Origin: Verrucomicrobiota bacterium
GTDB taxonomy: Bacteria; Verrucomicrobiota; Verrucomicrobiia; Limisphaerales; UBA9464
Direction of reading: 5' to 3'
Length of the DNA stretch: 64,000 bases
Assembly (NCBI GenBank): GCA_947471985.1
Contig: CANIZL010000008.1
Location: 17,352-81,351, forward strand
The notes below the pieces were generated by a model. It was not told where the DNA came from. It searched no databases and was given only the letters and a program-made list of their open reading frames with translations. Below, piece after piece: positions 48,830 to 57,319 of the stretch. Numbering within the stretch: position 1 is the stretch's first letter; the number at the start of each line of letters is the position of its first letter. The translations under genes and the position numbers were made by a program.

Positions 48830-49798
48830 ATGAGACTCAAGCGGATCAAACCGGAGGGGGAGACGGCGGTGTATCACTGCCTTTCACGGATTGTGGGTGG
48901 GCAGAAGCTATTGGATGACCTGGGGAAGGAGAAGTTGGTCCAGTTACTCTGGCCTCTAGCCCGCTTCTGCGGGGTGGAGGTGCTGACCTACTGCATGATG
49001 TCCAATCACTTCCACCTGCTGGTACGGATTCCCCCACCGACCGAACTCTCCGAGGAAGCGCTCCTCGAGAAGCTAACGGCATTCTACGGCCCGCAGGGCG
49101 TCTGGACCGTGCTGGCGCAGGAGAGCTTGAAACAAAGGGGGAAGATCGATGCAACCATCCGGGCTTCGGTGGAAGCCCGCCAGGGGGATGTATCGGCCTT
49201 CATGAAGGAGTTCAAGCAGAGCTTCAGCCGGTGGTACAAAGAACGGAACGACCGCTTCGGTACCCTGTGGGCCGAACGCTTTACGAGTCTTCTGGTGGAG
49301 GATTCCCCGACCGCCGTGCAGACGTTGGCGGCGTACATTGACCTGAACCCCGTGCGAGCGGGATTGGTCTCGGATCCGAAGGACTACCGGCACTGCGGCT
49401 ACGCCGCCGCGCTGGTGGGCAACAGCACGATCCAGCAGGGATTGATGAGCTTCCTGGAACCGGAAGAGTGGCCGCAAGCGGCAGCCGCCTACCGCTGCCT
49501 ACTATTCGTGACGGCGGGTTCCGCCAACGCGAGCGACAAACAGGTGTTGGATCCGGAAACGATCCGAGCTGAACTGGCGCGTGGGGGCGAGTTGGGCGGG
49601 GGTCAAGTGCTGCGCCTGCGGATACGGCATTTCAGCGATGGGGTAATCCTGGGTTCACGAGAGTTCGTGGATAAGCAGTTCATGCGGTACCGGGACCGAT
49701 TCAGCCCGAAGCGGAAGGATGGGGCCCGCCCCATCCGGGGCGTTCCACTCCCCGGAATCAGCGTCCTCCGCGACCTGCGCGTCGACGCCATCGGCTGA
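48830..49798 (+). mobile_element. RAYT-type HUH/Y1 tyrosine transposase (IS200-like superfamily) with C-terminal extension
   Basis: VYHCLSR, YCMMSNHFHLL (HUH), KQ.FS.WY...R.GTLW.ERF.S and YIDLNPVRAGLV..P.DY (catalytic Tyr). Confidence 0.9.
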
Positions 49799-50010
49799 CG
49801 GCCCAAAGAACCCAACCTTCAACCGGCCGAACCGGCGAAATTCCTACGCCGGAAGGGAAGAACTCTGCCGATCACCGGCGTAATCGGGCCGCCCGGTGCA
49901 TCGCGAGGAACAAAATTGAGCTGACCGCCCGCCCAAACACCCATCCCGGGCCAATTCCACCTCCAAAATCACGCCGCCGCCCGCCGCATCGCCGTCCGAG
50001 GCCGCTGCGC

Positions 50011-50096
50011 AAGATACTGAGGCTGGCTCCCTATTCGGCGAAGATAGCGAACCTGGCACGATCGCTACGTCGGGCGAATAGGGAGGTTGGCACCGG
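50011..50096 (-). repeat. Right array of three repeats, inverted relative to the left array
   Basis: Read on the minus strand: GGTGCCAACCTCCCTATTC (50094-50076), CGTGCCAGGTTCGCTATC (50060-50043) and GGAGCCAGCCTCAGTATC (50030-50013). The outermost 10-mer CCGGTGCCAA matches 48550-48559. Confidence 0.7.
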
Positions 50097-50260
50097 TTTT
50101 TGGCGAGGATGCGGGACGGGAATCTTCCAACCGCCGCCCGCAGGGCGACCTCAAAGGCGGCCACTCTCCGGCATCCCGACGACCACAGAGTGCCGGATCA
50201 GCTCGGCAATTTCAGCTTCCCACGCGAGGGCCGGGACGGGGTCGAGGACTTCTTTTTTGA
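50097..50260 (-). pseudogene. Truncated, frameshifted N-terminus of the transposase expected after DUF6788 (ISKra4-like, inferred)
   Basis: The -1 frame from A_AAA_AAG gives KKEVLDPVPALAWEAEIAELIR, then after another shift VAAFEVALRAAV. It is cut off at the RAYT right-hand repeats. Confidence 0.45.
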
Positions 50261-50539
50261 GCCCGCGAGGCGCTGACGGGTCTCGGCGACGACACGGTCG
50301 AGGTACTGCTCGGTGAGTTCGCGGGCCCGCTGATACCCCGCGATGGCTTCCTGGAGAGCGGGGACCTCCGCCGCTGTTACGTGACGGGAAACATTGCGCC
50401 CGTTCTCCCAATACTGTAGCCGCCTGTAGCCGGCTTCCGCACTGCCGGAACGATGCGTGCAGGCACAGAGCTTGCCCTTCTCCATGGAGCCGATCTGCCT
50501 CAGTTCAGACAGAAGGCGTTCTTTGGATGAAGATTTCAC
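50198..50539 (-). CDS. DUF6788-like small protein (IS-associated ORF-A)
   Basis: IGSMEKGKL...YRRLQYWENGRNVSRHV...LQEAIAGYQR..EL...Y, ending in SKKK. Confidence 0.7.
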   Translation of the reverse strand: MKSSSKERLLSELRQIGSMEKGKLCACTHRSGSAEAGYRRLQYWENGRNVSRHVTAAEVPALQEAIAGYQRARELTEQYLDRVVAETRQRLAGSKKKSSTPSRPSRGKLKLPS

Positions 50540-50722
50540 TCAATGTATCTAGCATAATAGATACATTTTATCAAAAAAGGTGAGTACCAACGACTCGAAA
50601 ACTTTTATCACACCCCAGACGCTCCACCACCGCCAAAAAAGAAAAAGCCCACCAGCCTACCTGTCCCGGAGTTCGAAAACCCCGGGAATCAGGATGCAGT
50701 GGGCCGGATGAATCGGTCCGGA

Positions 50723-52537
50723 TTATTTGGTCTCCGGCAGTTTGAGCAGATACGCCCGTCGTTGCTCCGCGAACGTTTTCAACGCGATGGCCGGTGCGGG
50801 ACCAAAGCCCCCGCCACCACCACCACGTGCCGCTTCACCGGCCGACTCTCCGCCCGTGATGCTGGTCGTGAAGGACTCCCAGGATTCCAATTTGCGCGTG
50901 TCCTTCTGCACATCCGCCGCAATCAGCGTGTGCAATCCCTCGGCGGCCGGCCCGAGACGCTTCCAATCCAGTACCTTGTCCGCGATCTCCCGCACATAAG
51001 CCAGATACTTCGCGCGCAACTTCGGCACGGCGAGCAGCTTGCTGAGCAGCGCCTTGCTGGAATCCTTCGCCGCATACAGCGGATCCAATTCCACGCCTTT
51101 CACCGCCCCGCCACCGCCCCGATTGAAGCCCTCACGGCCGGGCCCGTTGTTCGGACCCGCATTCCGGGGCGCCCCATCTCCGGGAGGTCCTCCGGCAGAT
51201 TCCGGCCGAGCCCGTTCCACCCGCTCACCACCCCCGGGACCGCCCGGACCTCCGGGTCCAAACCCACCCCGGCCGCCCCTCCCACCGCCACCCCCAAAGC
51301 CCGGTCCGCCAGGACGACTGAAGGTCTCATTGATGTCACTGGGGATCACATGAAACCGCCCCTTCTCATCCTCGTACAGGCTGTAATCGCTCGCCCGGAT
51401 CCAATAGCCGTCGTTATTGATGAGGGCATTTTCCAGGGCGAGAAACTTGAGGGCGCCGTCCACGTCCAGCAGCAGCGCCAGCGCCGCCTCCAGTTGTTCC
51501 GGCGCAGTCTCGTTCAATACCTGGCAGAGGTGGATCAAATCCGTCCACGGCTGGGCGGAGTCCTTCGTTTTCAAATCATAGATCTTCTTATACGCCGCCG
51601 GATCGTTGCCCATATACTCCAATCCGCCCCGCCCCCCGGGACTGCCCGGAACCTTCCAGCGCGCACCCTTGGTCGAGGGAAACCATTCCTTGAGGAACTC
51701 CTTGTTGAACTGCTGCTGATTCACATAAACGCCCCAGTACTCGCCGTTGATGACCACGCGCACCATATTGGCCTTGGGCGTGGGCACGTAGTCACGCGCC
51801 ACCAGGGAATACAGAACCGGACGGATGAACGACGGATCCTCGTGCGCATTCAACAGGTTCAAACTGCGATAGCCACCGATGTTCTGGTCCTTGTGGGCGA
51901 AATCCACCGACACATTCAACGAACGCTTTTGTCCCTCGCCCACCATCATGTAGGACGACATCCCCCGGAAATGGACACCCACCTCCGCGTACGTCTTTCC
52001 GTCCACCGTCAGCTTGGCCGGAACCTCCACGTCGGTTTTGTGGAAGTCCGTCAGCTCCTTCTCCCAGTCGGCGTTCTCGAACTCAAAGAAGAGCGTGCGC
52101 AGCGTTTGAGGATCGTAGAACGATTCGGCACCATACACCTTAGCGTCGGCCACCGTCATTTTGGGTCCGGGACCCGTGGATACTTCGCCACCGCCCATAC
52201 GCATACCGCCCGGTCCGCGGGGACCGCGACGGCCCCGGCCCTCCGCCGATTGCTTGGCCAGAAATTCCCGGGCGGCCTTCCGCTCCGCCACGTTCAGCCA
52301 TCCATTGCCATCCTTGTCGAATTGCGCAACAACGGCCGTCACGGGTTGAACGCCCCCCATCCCACCCGGGCCCCGTCCACCGGGACCACCACCGCCTCCC
52401 GGTCCGCCAAAAAACGGTGGCGCCCCCCCTTCCGGAGGACCCGGGGGACGTTCAGCGGCGGCGGGTGCCTGGGCGGACAGTGGCCCCGCCGACATCCAGG
52501 CGAGATGAAACAGGGTCAGGGCAACGAGAGCTTTCAT
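50723..52537 (-). CDS. Secreted CotH-family kinase with EF-hand and Gly/Pro-rich linkers
   Basis: Signal peptide, EF-hand DKDGNGWLN.AE, and CotH motifs VGV.FRG.SS, K.SLN, L.LLN...DPS..R, V.INGEYWGVY, N.DGY...ASDY.LY and P.D.NE.F. Confidence 0.88.
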   Translation of the reverse strand: MKALVALTLFHLAWMSAGPLSAQAPAAAERPPGPPEGGAPPFFGGPGGGGGPGGRGPGGMGGVQPVTAVVAQFDKDGNGWLNVAERKAAREFLAKQSAEGRGRRGPRGPGGMRMGGGEVSTGPGPKMTVADAKVYGAESFYDPQTLRTLFFEFENADWEKELTDFHKTDVEVPAKLTVDGKTYAEVGVHFRGMSSYMMVGEGQKRSLNVSVDFAHKDQNIGGYRSLNLLNAHEDPSFIRPVLYSLVARDYVPTPKANMVRVVINGEYWGVYVNQQQFNKEFLKEWFPSTKGARWKVPGSPGGRGGLEYMGNDPAAYKKIYDLKTKDSAQPWTDLIHLCQVLNETAPEQLEAALALLLDVDGALKFLALENALINNDGYWIRASDYSLYEDEKGRFHVIPSDINETFSRPGGPGFGGGGGRGGRGGFGPGGPGGPGGGERVERARPESAGGPPGDGAPRNAGPNNGPGREGFNRGGGGAVKGVELDPLYAAKDSSKALLSKLLAVPKLRAKYLAYVREIADKVLDWKRLGPAAEGLHTLIAADVQKDTRKLESWESFTTSITGGESAGEAARGGGGGGFGPAPAIALKTFAEQRRAYLLKLPETK

Positions 52538-52846
52538 GATTTGGGGCAGATTATGCTTGGAGAGTTGGAAAGGAAAAACCCGGTAATCGGGCAATGGGCA
52601 GAGAATAGGAGGGACCCGGCGTCACGGTCGGCGTCAGCGTCAACGCCTCCGCCAGAAATCCCGGCAGGGTAAATTCAGCCGAATCGGCGGCCAGGCTGCG
52701 AAAACAAATAGCGGACGGCCAACCGGAATGTGGTAGAGAGCGGGAGGGGTTTTCATCGGACGTGCGGCGAAGTTCAGGTCAGGTCGGGGAGCGATGGGCC
52801 GGTGGAATCTCCGCCCGATGCGGAGATTCCACTTCAGCGGGCGCGT

Positions 52847-53224
52847 TCACTCGGCCGGCGCGGGACGGTGCGGACGGCCTTCACCGCCACGGCCTTTCGG
52901 ACCCTTGGGGCCGCCCGGGCCGCCCGGACCACCGGGGCCACCAGGACCACGGCCACCTTCGGGCCGCAGTTCATCGCGGGTCAGTTGGCCGTCGCCATTC
53001 TTGTCCAGCGCCTTCAGGGCATTGGCCGCGTTGGCGATTTCGCTGGCGTCGATGACGCCATCGTGATTGGCATCCAGGGCCGCCATCAGCGGCGGAACCG
53101 GCCGGGCGTGCGGAGCGCCACCTTCCGGGGGAGCCGGACGATCCGCATCTTGCGCGGTGGTGGTGGCGGTGAGGGCGGCCGCAGCGAAAGCGGCGGCGAT
53201 CAGGGACTTGATGGTGGTGTTCAT
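52847..53224 (-). CDS. Secreted double EF-hand protein with GPG repeats
   Basis: Signal peptide, EF loops [12 protein letters not shown] and [12 protein letters not shown], and a (GPG)n tail. Confidence 0.88.
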   Translation of the reverse strand: MNTTIKSLIAAAFAAAALTATTTAQDADRPAPPEGGAPHARPVPPLMAALDANHDGVIDASEIANAANALKALDKNGDGQLTRDELRPEGGRGPGGPGGPGGPGGPKGPKGRGGEGRPHRPAPAE

Positions 53225-53344
53225 ACTGTTGCTTCGGTTTTGAATTTTTTGTTTCTTTTGTTTCACTCAGGCAACCCACGTTGCCGTCTTCATTTAATCA
53301 GACACCCCGATCGTTAAGGACCCATGTGCGGTTACCGGGAGAAT

Positions 53345-53361
53345 TGTTAAGGCCGTGTAAA
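53345..53361. promoter_or_regulatory. Candidate OmpR/CpxR-family direct-repeat box
   Basis: TGTTAA-n5-TGTAAA (11-bp period) between the divergent EF-hand gene and the response regulator. Confidence 0.35.
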
Positions 53362-53468
53362 ACCGCCAGATTGACCGTATTCCGTGGTTAAAGATGGCTT
53401 CCGTCGGGCCGATTGATGCGACCCGACGAGCCGAAAGTGCCCTGTTTACGCCGTAATTCCGCTTTTCC

Positions 53469-54221
53469 ATGCCGACCCTGAATCCTCCCGACGCCCCGGA
53501 GGCCGAATCCAGCGGCCAACCGATCCTCGTGATCGACGACGACCGGAAGCTGTGCCGGCTGATCCATGATTACCTCCAGCCCATGGGTTACGCCGTCACC
53601 GCCGTCCATACGGGTCCCGAAGGCGCCACGCGAGCCGTCGAAGGCTCATGGCATGCGATCATCCTCGACGTCATGCTGCCCGGCCTGGACGGGTTCGAAG
53701 TCCTTAAGCAAATCCGCAAAAGCTCCAACGTACCCGTTCTGATGCTCACCGGCCGTGGCGACGAGGCCGATCGGATCGTGGGCTTGGAAATCGGGGCGGA
53801 CGACTATCTGCCGAAGACTTTCTCCCCGCGCGAACTCCTGGCACGCCTGCGCGCGGTTACGCGACGGGCCGTGGTCGCCTCCAGTCCACGGAGCGAATCC
53901 AACGCCGCTCCCGAAATCGTGGTCGGGCCGCTGCGCATCAATGTCGACGCCCGCGTGGCGGTGCTGGGCGATCAGCCCCTGAACCTTACCCCGGTGGAAT
54001 TCGATCTGCTGGTCTCCCTCACCCGCGCCAAAGGCCGGGTGAAATCGCGCGAGGGATTGATCGAGGAAATCCGTGATCGCAACTACGACGTCTTCGATCG
54101 CTCCATCGACGTTCACATTTCCGCGCTGCGCAAAAAGCTCGGCGATGATCCCAAGACCCCACGTTTCATCCGCACGCTGCGGGCGGCGGGTTACCTGTTC
54201 ATCAATCCCGACGCCGCATGA
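53469..54221 (+). CDS. OmpR/CpxR-family response regulator
   Basis: REC VIDDD...LDVMLP...GADDYLPK.F and wHTH EFDLL...DRSIDVHISALRKKL. Confidence 0.95.
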   Translation: MPTLNPPDAPEAESSGQPILVIDDDRKLCRLIHDYLQPMGYAVTAVHTGPEGATRAVEGSWHAIILDVMLPGLDGFEVLKQIRKSSNVPVLMLTGRGDEADRIVGLEIGADDYLPKTFSPRELLARLRAVTRRAVVASSPRSESNAAPEIVVGPLRINVDARVAVLGDQPLNLTPVEFDLLVSLTRAKGRVKSREGLIEEIRDRNYDVFDRSIDVHISALRKKLGDDPKTPRFIRTLRAAGYLFINPDAA

Positions 54222-55696
54222 CTCTTCGCCTGCCCCTCTTCGGCAAAATCCTCGGCTGGTTCTTCCTGAATCTGCTGCTGCTGGCCTTGATCGCCGGCTG
54301 GGTCGTGCGCTCCGAGTTCCGCCTGGAGGCGCTAATCAACGGCGCCGGGGGCGAGCGGTTTCAACGAGTCGCCGACACGTTGCTTGGGGAATTGAGGGAG
54401 CGGCCGCGCAACACCTGGGACCGCACCCTGGAACGGTTCTCCGCCACGTACCAGGTTCAATTTGCGATCGTCGACGAACGCGGCGAGGTCGTCGCTGGCG
54501 CCGCCCTGACGCTGCCCGAGGAGATTAAATCCCGCGTCCGCGTCGGACGCGGCCCCGGTCGACCCGAAGGCGCCCGGGGCAATGGTCCCCAACGAGAGGA
54601 ATTCCGCGGGGCGCCACCCGAGGGCTTCCGTGGACCACCCCCCGACATCGAACGCCGCGCCGCCGGCGGACTACCCCGCACACTGCTGCAAACCCACGAT
54701 CCGGATCGTTTCTGGGTGCTCTTCCCCGCCCCGCAATTGGAGTTCGGTCCGCGGCGACTCGTCGCCCAGGCCGAGACCCTCAGCGCCGGCGGATTGCTCG
54801 TGGACTATCGTCCCTGGCTCTGGGCCGCCGGAGCCGTGCTCGTGGTCTCCGTTCTTTGGTGGCTGCCCTTCGTCCACGGCATCACGCGATCCCTGCGCCA
54901 AATGACGCTGGCCACCGAACAGATATCGGTGGGACGTTTCGACACCCGCGTCGATGGCGGCCGGGGCGATGAACTTGGGCGCCTGGGTCTGGCCATCCAA
55001 TCCATGGCCGTCCGACTCGAGCATCACCTCACCGGCCAGAAGCGCTTTCTCAGCGATATTTCCCACGAACTCTGTGCCCCGATCGCCCGCCTGCAAATGG
55101 CTCTCGGCATCCTGGAACAACGCGCCGACGCCGCCCAGCAACAGCAGGTGGCCGATCTGCGCGAGGAACTTGATCACATGTCCGCGTTGGTGAACGAATT
55201 GCTCTCCTTTTCCAAAGCCGGATTGAAATCCCGGGACCTCGCCCTCGGCCCCGTAATTCTGCGCCCCTTGATTGAACGGGTCCTGGCCCGCGAAGGCGTG
55301 GGGGAGCAGGAACTCCGGCTGGACGTCGACGCCCAGGAAACCGTGCTGGCCGAGCCCGAACTGCTGGCCCGTGCCCTGGGCAATCTGGTTCGCAATTCCC
55401 TGCGTTACGCCGGCGCCGCCGGGCCGATCACCGTCAGCACCGTCCGCGAAAACGGACTCGTCGTCCTCACCATCGCGGACGAAGGCCCCGGAGTACCGCC
55501 CGAGGCGCTCGCGCGTTTGGGCGAACCGTTCTTCCGCCCCGACGCCGCCCGGACGCGCGAGCAAGGCGGCACGGGCCTGGGCCTGGCCATCGTGAAAACC
55601 TGCCTCGAGGCGTGCCAGGGAACCCTCACGCTGCGCAATCGCAGCCCGCGGGGATTCGCCGCCGAGGTGCGTTTGCGGGCGGCCAACCCGGCGTAA
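54218..55696 (+). CDS. HAMP sensor histidine kinase (CpxA-like)
   Basis: Two TM segments, HAMP DELGRL, H-box DISHEL, N-box NLVRNS, DEGPG and GGTGLGL. ATGA-coupled to the regulator. Confidence 0.93.
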   Translation: MTLRLPLFGKILGWFFLNLLLLALIAGWVVRSEFRLEALINGAGGERFQRVADTLLGELRERPRNTWDRTLERFSATYQVQFAIVDERGEVVAGAALTLPEEIKSRVRVGRGPGRPEGARGNGPQREEFRGAPPEGFRGPPPDIERRAAGGLPRTLLQTHDPDRFWVLFPAPQLEFGPRRLVAQAETLSAGGLLVDYRPWLWAAGAVLVVSVLWWLPFVHGITRSLRQMTLATEQISVGRFDTRVDGGRGDELGRLGLAIQSMAVRLEHHLTGQKRFLSDISHELCAPIARLQMALGILEQRADAAQQQQVADLREELDHMSALVNELLSFSKAGLKSRDLALGPVILRPLIERVLAREGVGEQELRLDVDAQETVLAEPELLARALGNLVRNSLRYAGAAGPITVSTVRENGLVVLTIADEGPGVPPEALARLGEPFFRPDAARTREQGGTGLGLAIVKTCLEACQGTLTLRNRSPRGFAAEVRLRAANPA

Positions 55697-55715
55697 GCGG
55701 AAACCGATAATTCCC

Positions 55716-56337
55716 CAGGGGCTTCAGCGTGGATGCCCGCCGAACGCTGGCCCGGGAAAAGCGCGCCGAACGCGTACAACTCTGCTAATACGTTCTGCGC
55801 AACCCGTTTCTCGGTGGAGAAAATGATGCTGAAATCCCCCACCGACACGATCATCTACCGTTCCAAGCTCAATCCGAAGATCCATCGCAACTTTGAGATC
55901 TTCGACCCCGTCGACTTCCTCGCCGTTCCGTCGCAATACATTCCCGACAAAATGAAGGGCTGCGCATGGAAGGGAACCGGTCACTCCCGTTCAGCTCGGC
56001 ACTTGAAAGCTCATCCTTCCGCTCTCAAATCGTTCCCCCCGGGCTCGCCGCCACCGCCCCGCAAACTCCCGTCCGGAAAGTGCCAGGACCTCAACCGCCA
56101 GGCTTGGCAAGTCGAGCGATTGCGATGCCCGTTTGCCAGAAACCGATGCGGTTGACTGCCTTCATCGACAACCCGGACGTGGTCGAGAAAATCCTGCGTC
56201 ACCAGAAGCTTTGGTGCGGCCCCACCGCCTCCGCAAACGCTCGACCGCCACCCAAGTCCGATCATGGGTCGAACGAACCGGACTTTCGAATCGAGTACGA
56301 TACGATGCCCGATTTCGAGACTGTGATAACTAATTAA
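55716..56337 (+). pseudogene. Decayed C-terminal half of an IS91/ISCR-family (Y2) transposase
   Basis: Fragments across frames with a stop and frameshifts: GFSVDA, RVQLC*YVLRNPF/SVEKM, FDPVDFLA...IPDK and CP.CQKPMRLTAFIDNPDVVEKILRH.KLW...ARPPP. Confidence 0.75.
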
Positions 56338-56510
56338 TGACAAACAGCATCGCGGCACTCCAACGGGCCAAAAAACTACCAAAAACCGACTCTCGCCTCA
56401 CCTGACGCTCAATTACAACCACGCCACCCCCGACTAAGACGTGGGTCCCAAAATCATCTTGCCGTATCGTCGCCAACGCTGGAAAGTGCCTCAAAAGGAA
56501 AGGCACCGAG

Positions 56511-56528
56511 AAAGCAAATTGCTATCAG
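56511..56528 (+). mobile_element. Candidate oriIS end of the IS91-like element
   Basis: AAAGCAAATTGCTATCAG about 175 bp after the transposase stop, resembling the AA(A/C)TTCCTAT core recalled for IS91/ISCR oriIS. Confidence 0.4.
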
Positions 56529-56545
56529 TAACCCCTCACTTTCCC

Positions 56546-56857
56546 ATGCCCAGCTGGTTTCCCCGCTCCGCCTTCGGCCTCGTGCTCGTCGTCTTCCCCG
56601 TCGCACTCGGCGTGTCTGCCGTGCCTGACGCCCGTTCGAATCACGGCGGCGGCTGGATTACACTCGTGGGCATCGGGATTGCCATCGTCACGTTCCCTGT
56701 TTCCGCTCTGCTCGAAACACGGGGCTTCAAACCAAACGACCCCCGCAACGTCGACCGGGCCCTCGTGATCGGCGACTGCACGGTGCTCGTCTCCCTCGTG
56801 GAAGGCGGCCCGGATCGGCTGGCGCACGCGCTGTTTGGCAACCCCAGCAGGAAATGA
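56546..56857 (+). CDS. Hypothetical membrane protein (possibly degraded)
   Basis: Two hydrophobic segments. ATGA overlap with the next gene. Confidence 0.5.
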   Translation: MPSWFPRSAFGLVLVVFPVALGVSAVPDARSNHGGGWITLVGIGIAIVTFPVSALLETRGFKPNDPRNVDRALVIGDCTVLVSLVEGGPDRLAHALFGNPSRK

Positions 56858-57294
56858 AAATGATCTGGGCTTTCGTCTTCTTCGCCGCCGGCGCCGCCAC
56901 GCTCATCTACGGGATCGGCATCATCCGCGATGCGCGGGCCTGCGCGAGCTGGCCGCAGGCCGAAGGCCGCGTCGTCAGCGCTGCGGCCGAAGTGGTCGCA
57001 CGTGAGAAGAACCAGACGACCTACGCGCCCAGTGTCACCTACACGTTTTCCGTCGCCGGCCGCGAATTTAAGGGCACACGTGTCACACTCGTCCCGCGCA
57101 ACTCGCCCAGCGCGCAGGTCGTGCAGTCGGTCCTCACGCGCTATCCCATTGGCGGCAAGGTGGTGGTTTTCCACGATCCGACCGACCCATCGAAGTGCGT
57201 GCTCTCCACCGCAACCAACGGCAGCGAGTGGGCGTACGCAATCGGCGGCGCACTTCTGGCCGGTGCCGGCCTGCTATTTTTGAAACGCGACTAA
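56854..57294 (+). CDS. DUF3592 domain membrane protein
   Basis: TM, then SWP..EGRV...Y.P.V.Y.F.V.G...Y.IG..V.V..DP..P...VL, then TM. Confidence 0.82.
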   Translation: MKMIWAFVFFAAGAATLIYGIGIIRDARACASWPQAEGRVVSAAAEVVAREKNQTTYAPSVTYTFSVAGREFKGTRVTLVPRNSPSAQVVQSVLTRYPIGGKVVVFHDPTDPSKCVLSTATNGSEWAYAIGGALLAGAGLLFLKRD

Positions 57295-57319
57295 GACCGC
57301 CGGACAGTCCATCAACGCC

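Noticed and set aside
52890-52960. GGACCACCG-type 9-bp tandem repeats
   Set aside because: Explained by the (Gly-Pro-Gly)n coding sequence of the EF-hand protein.
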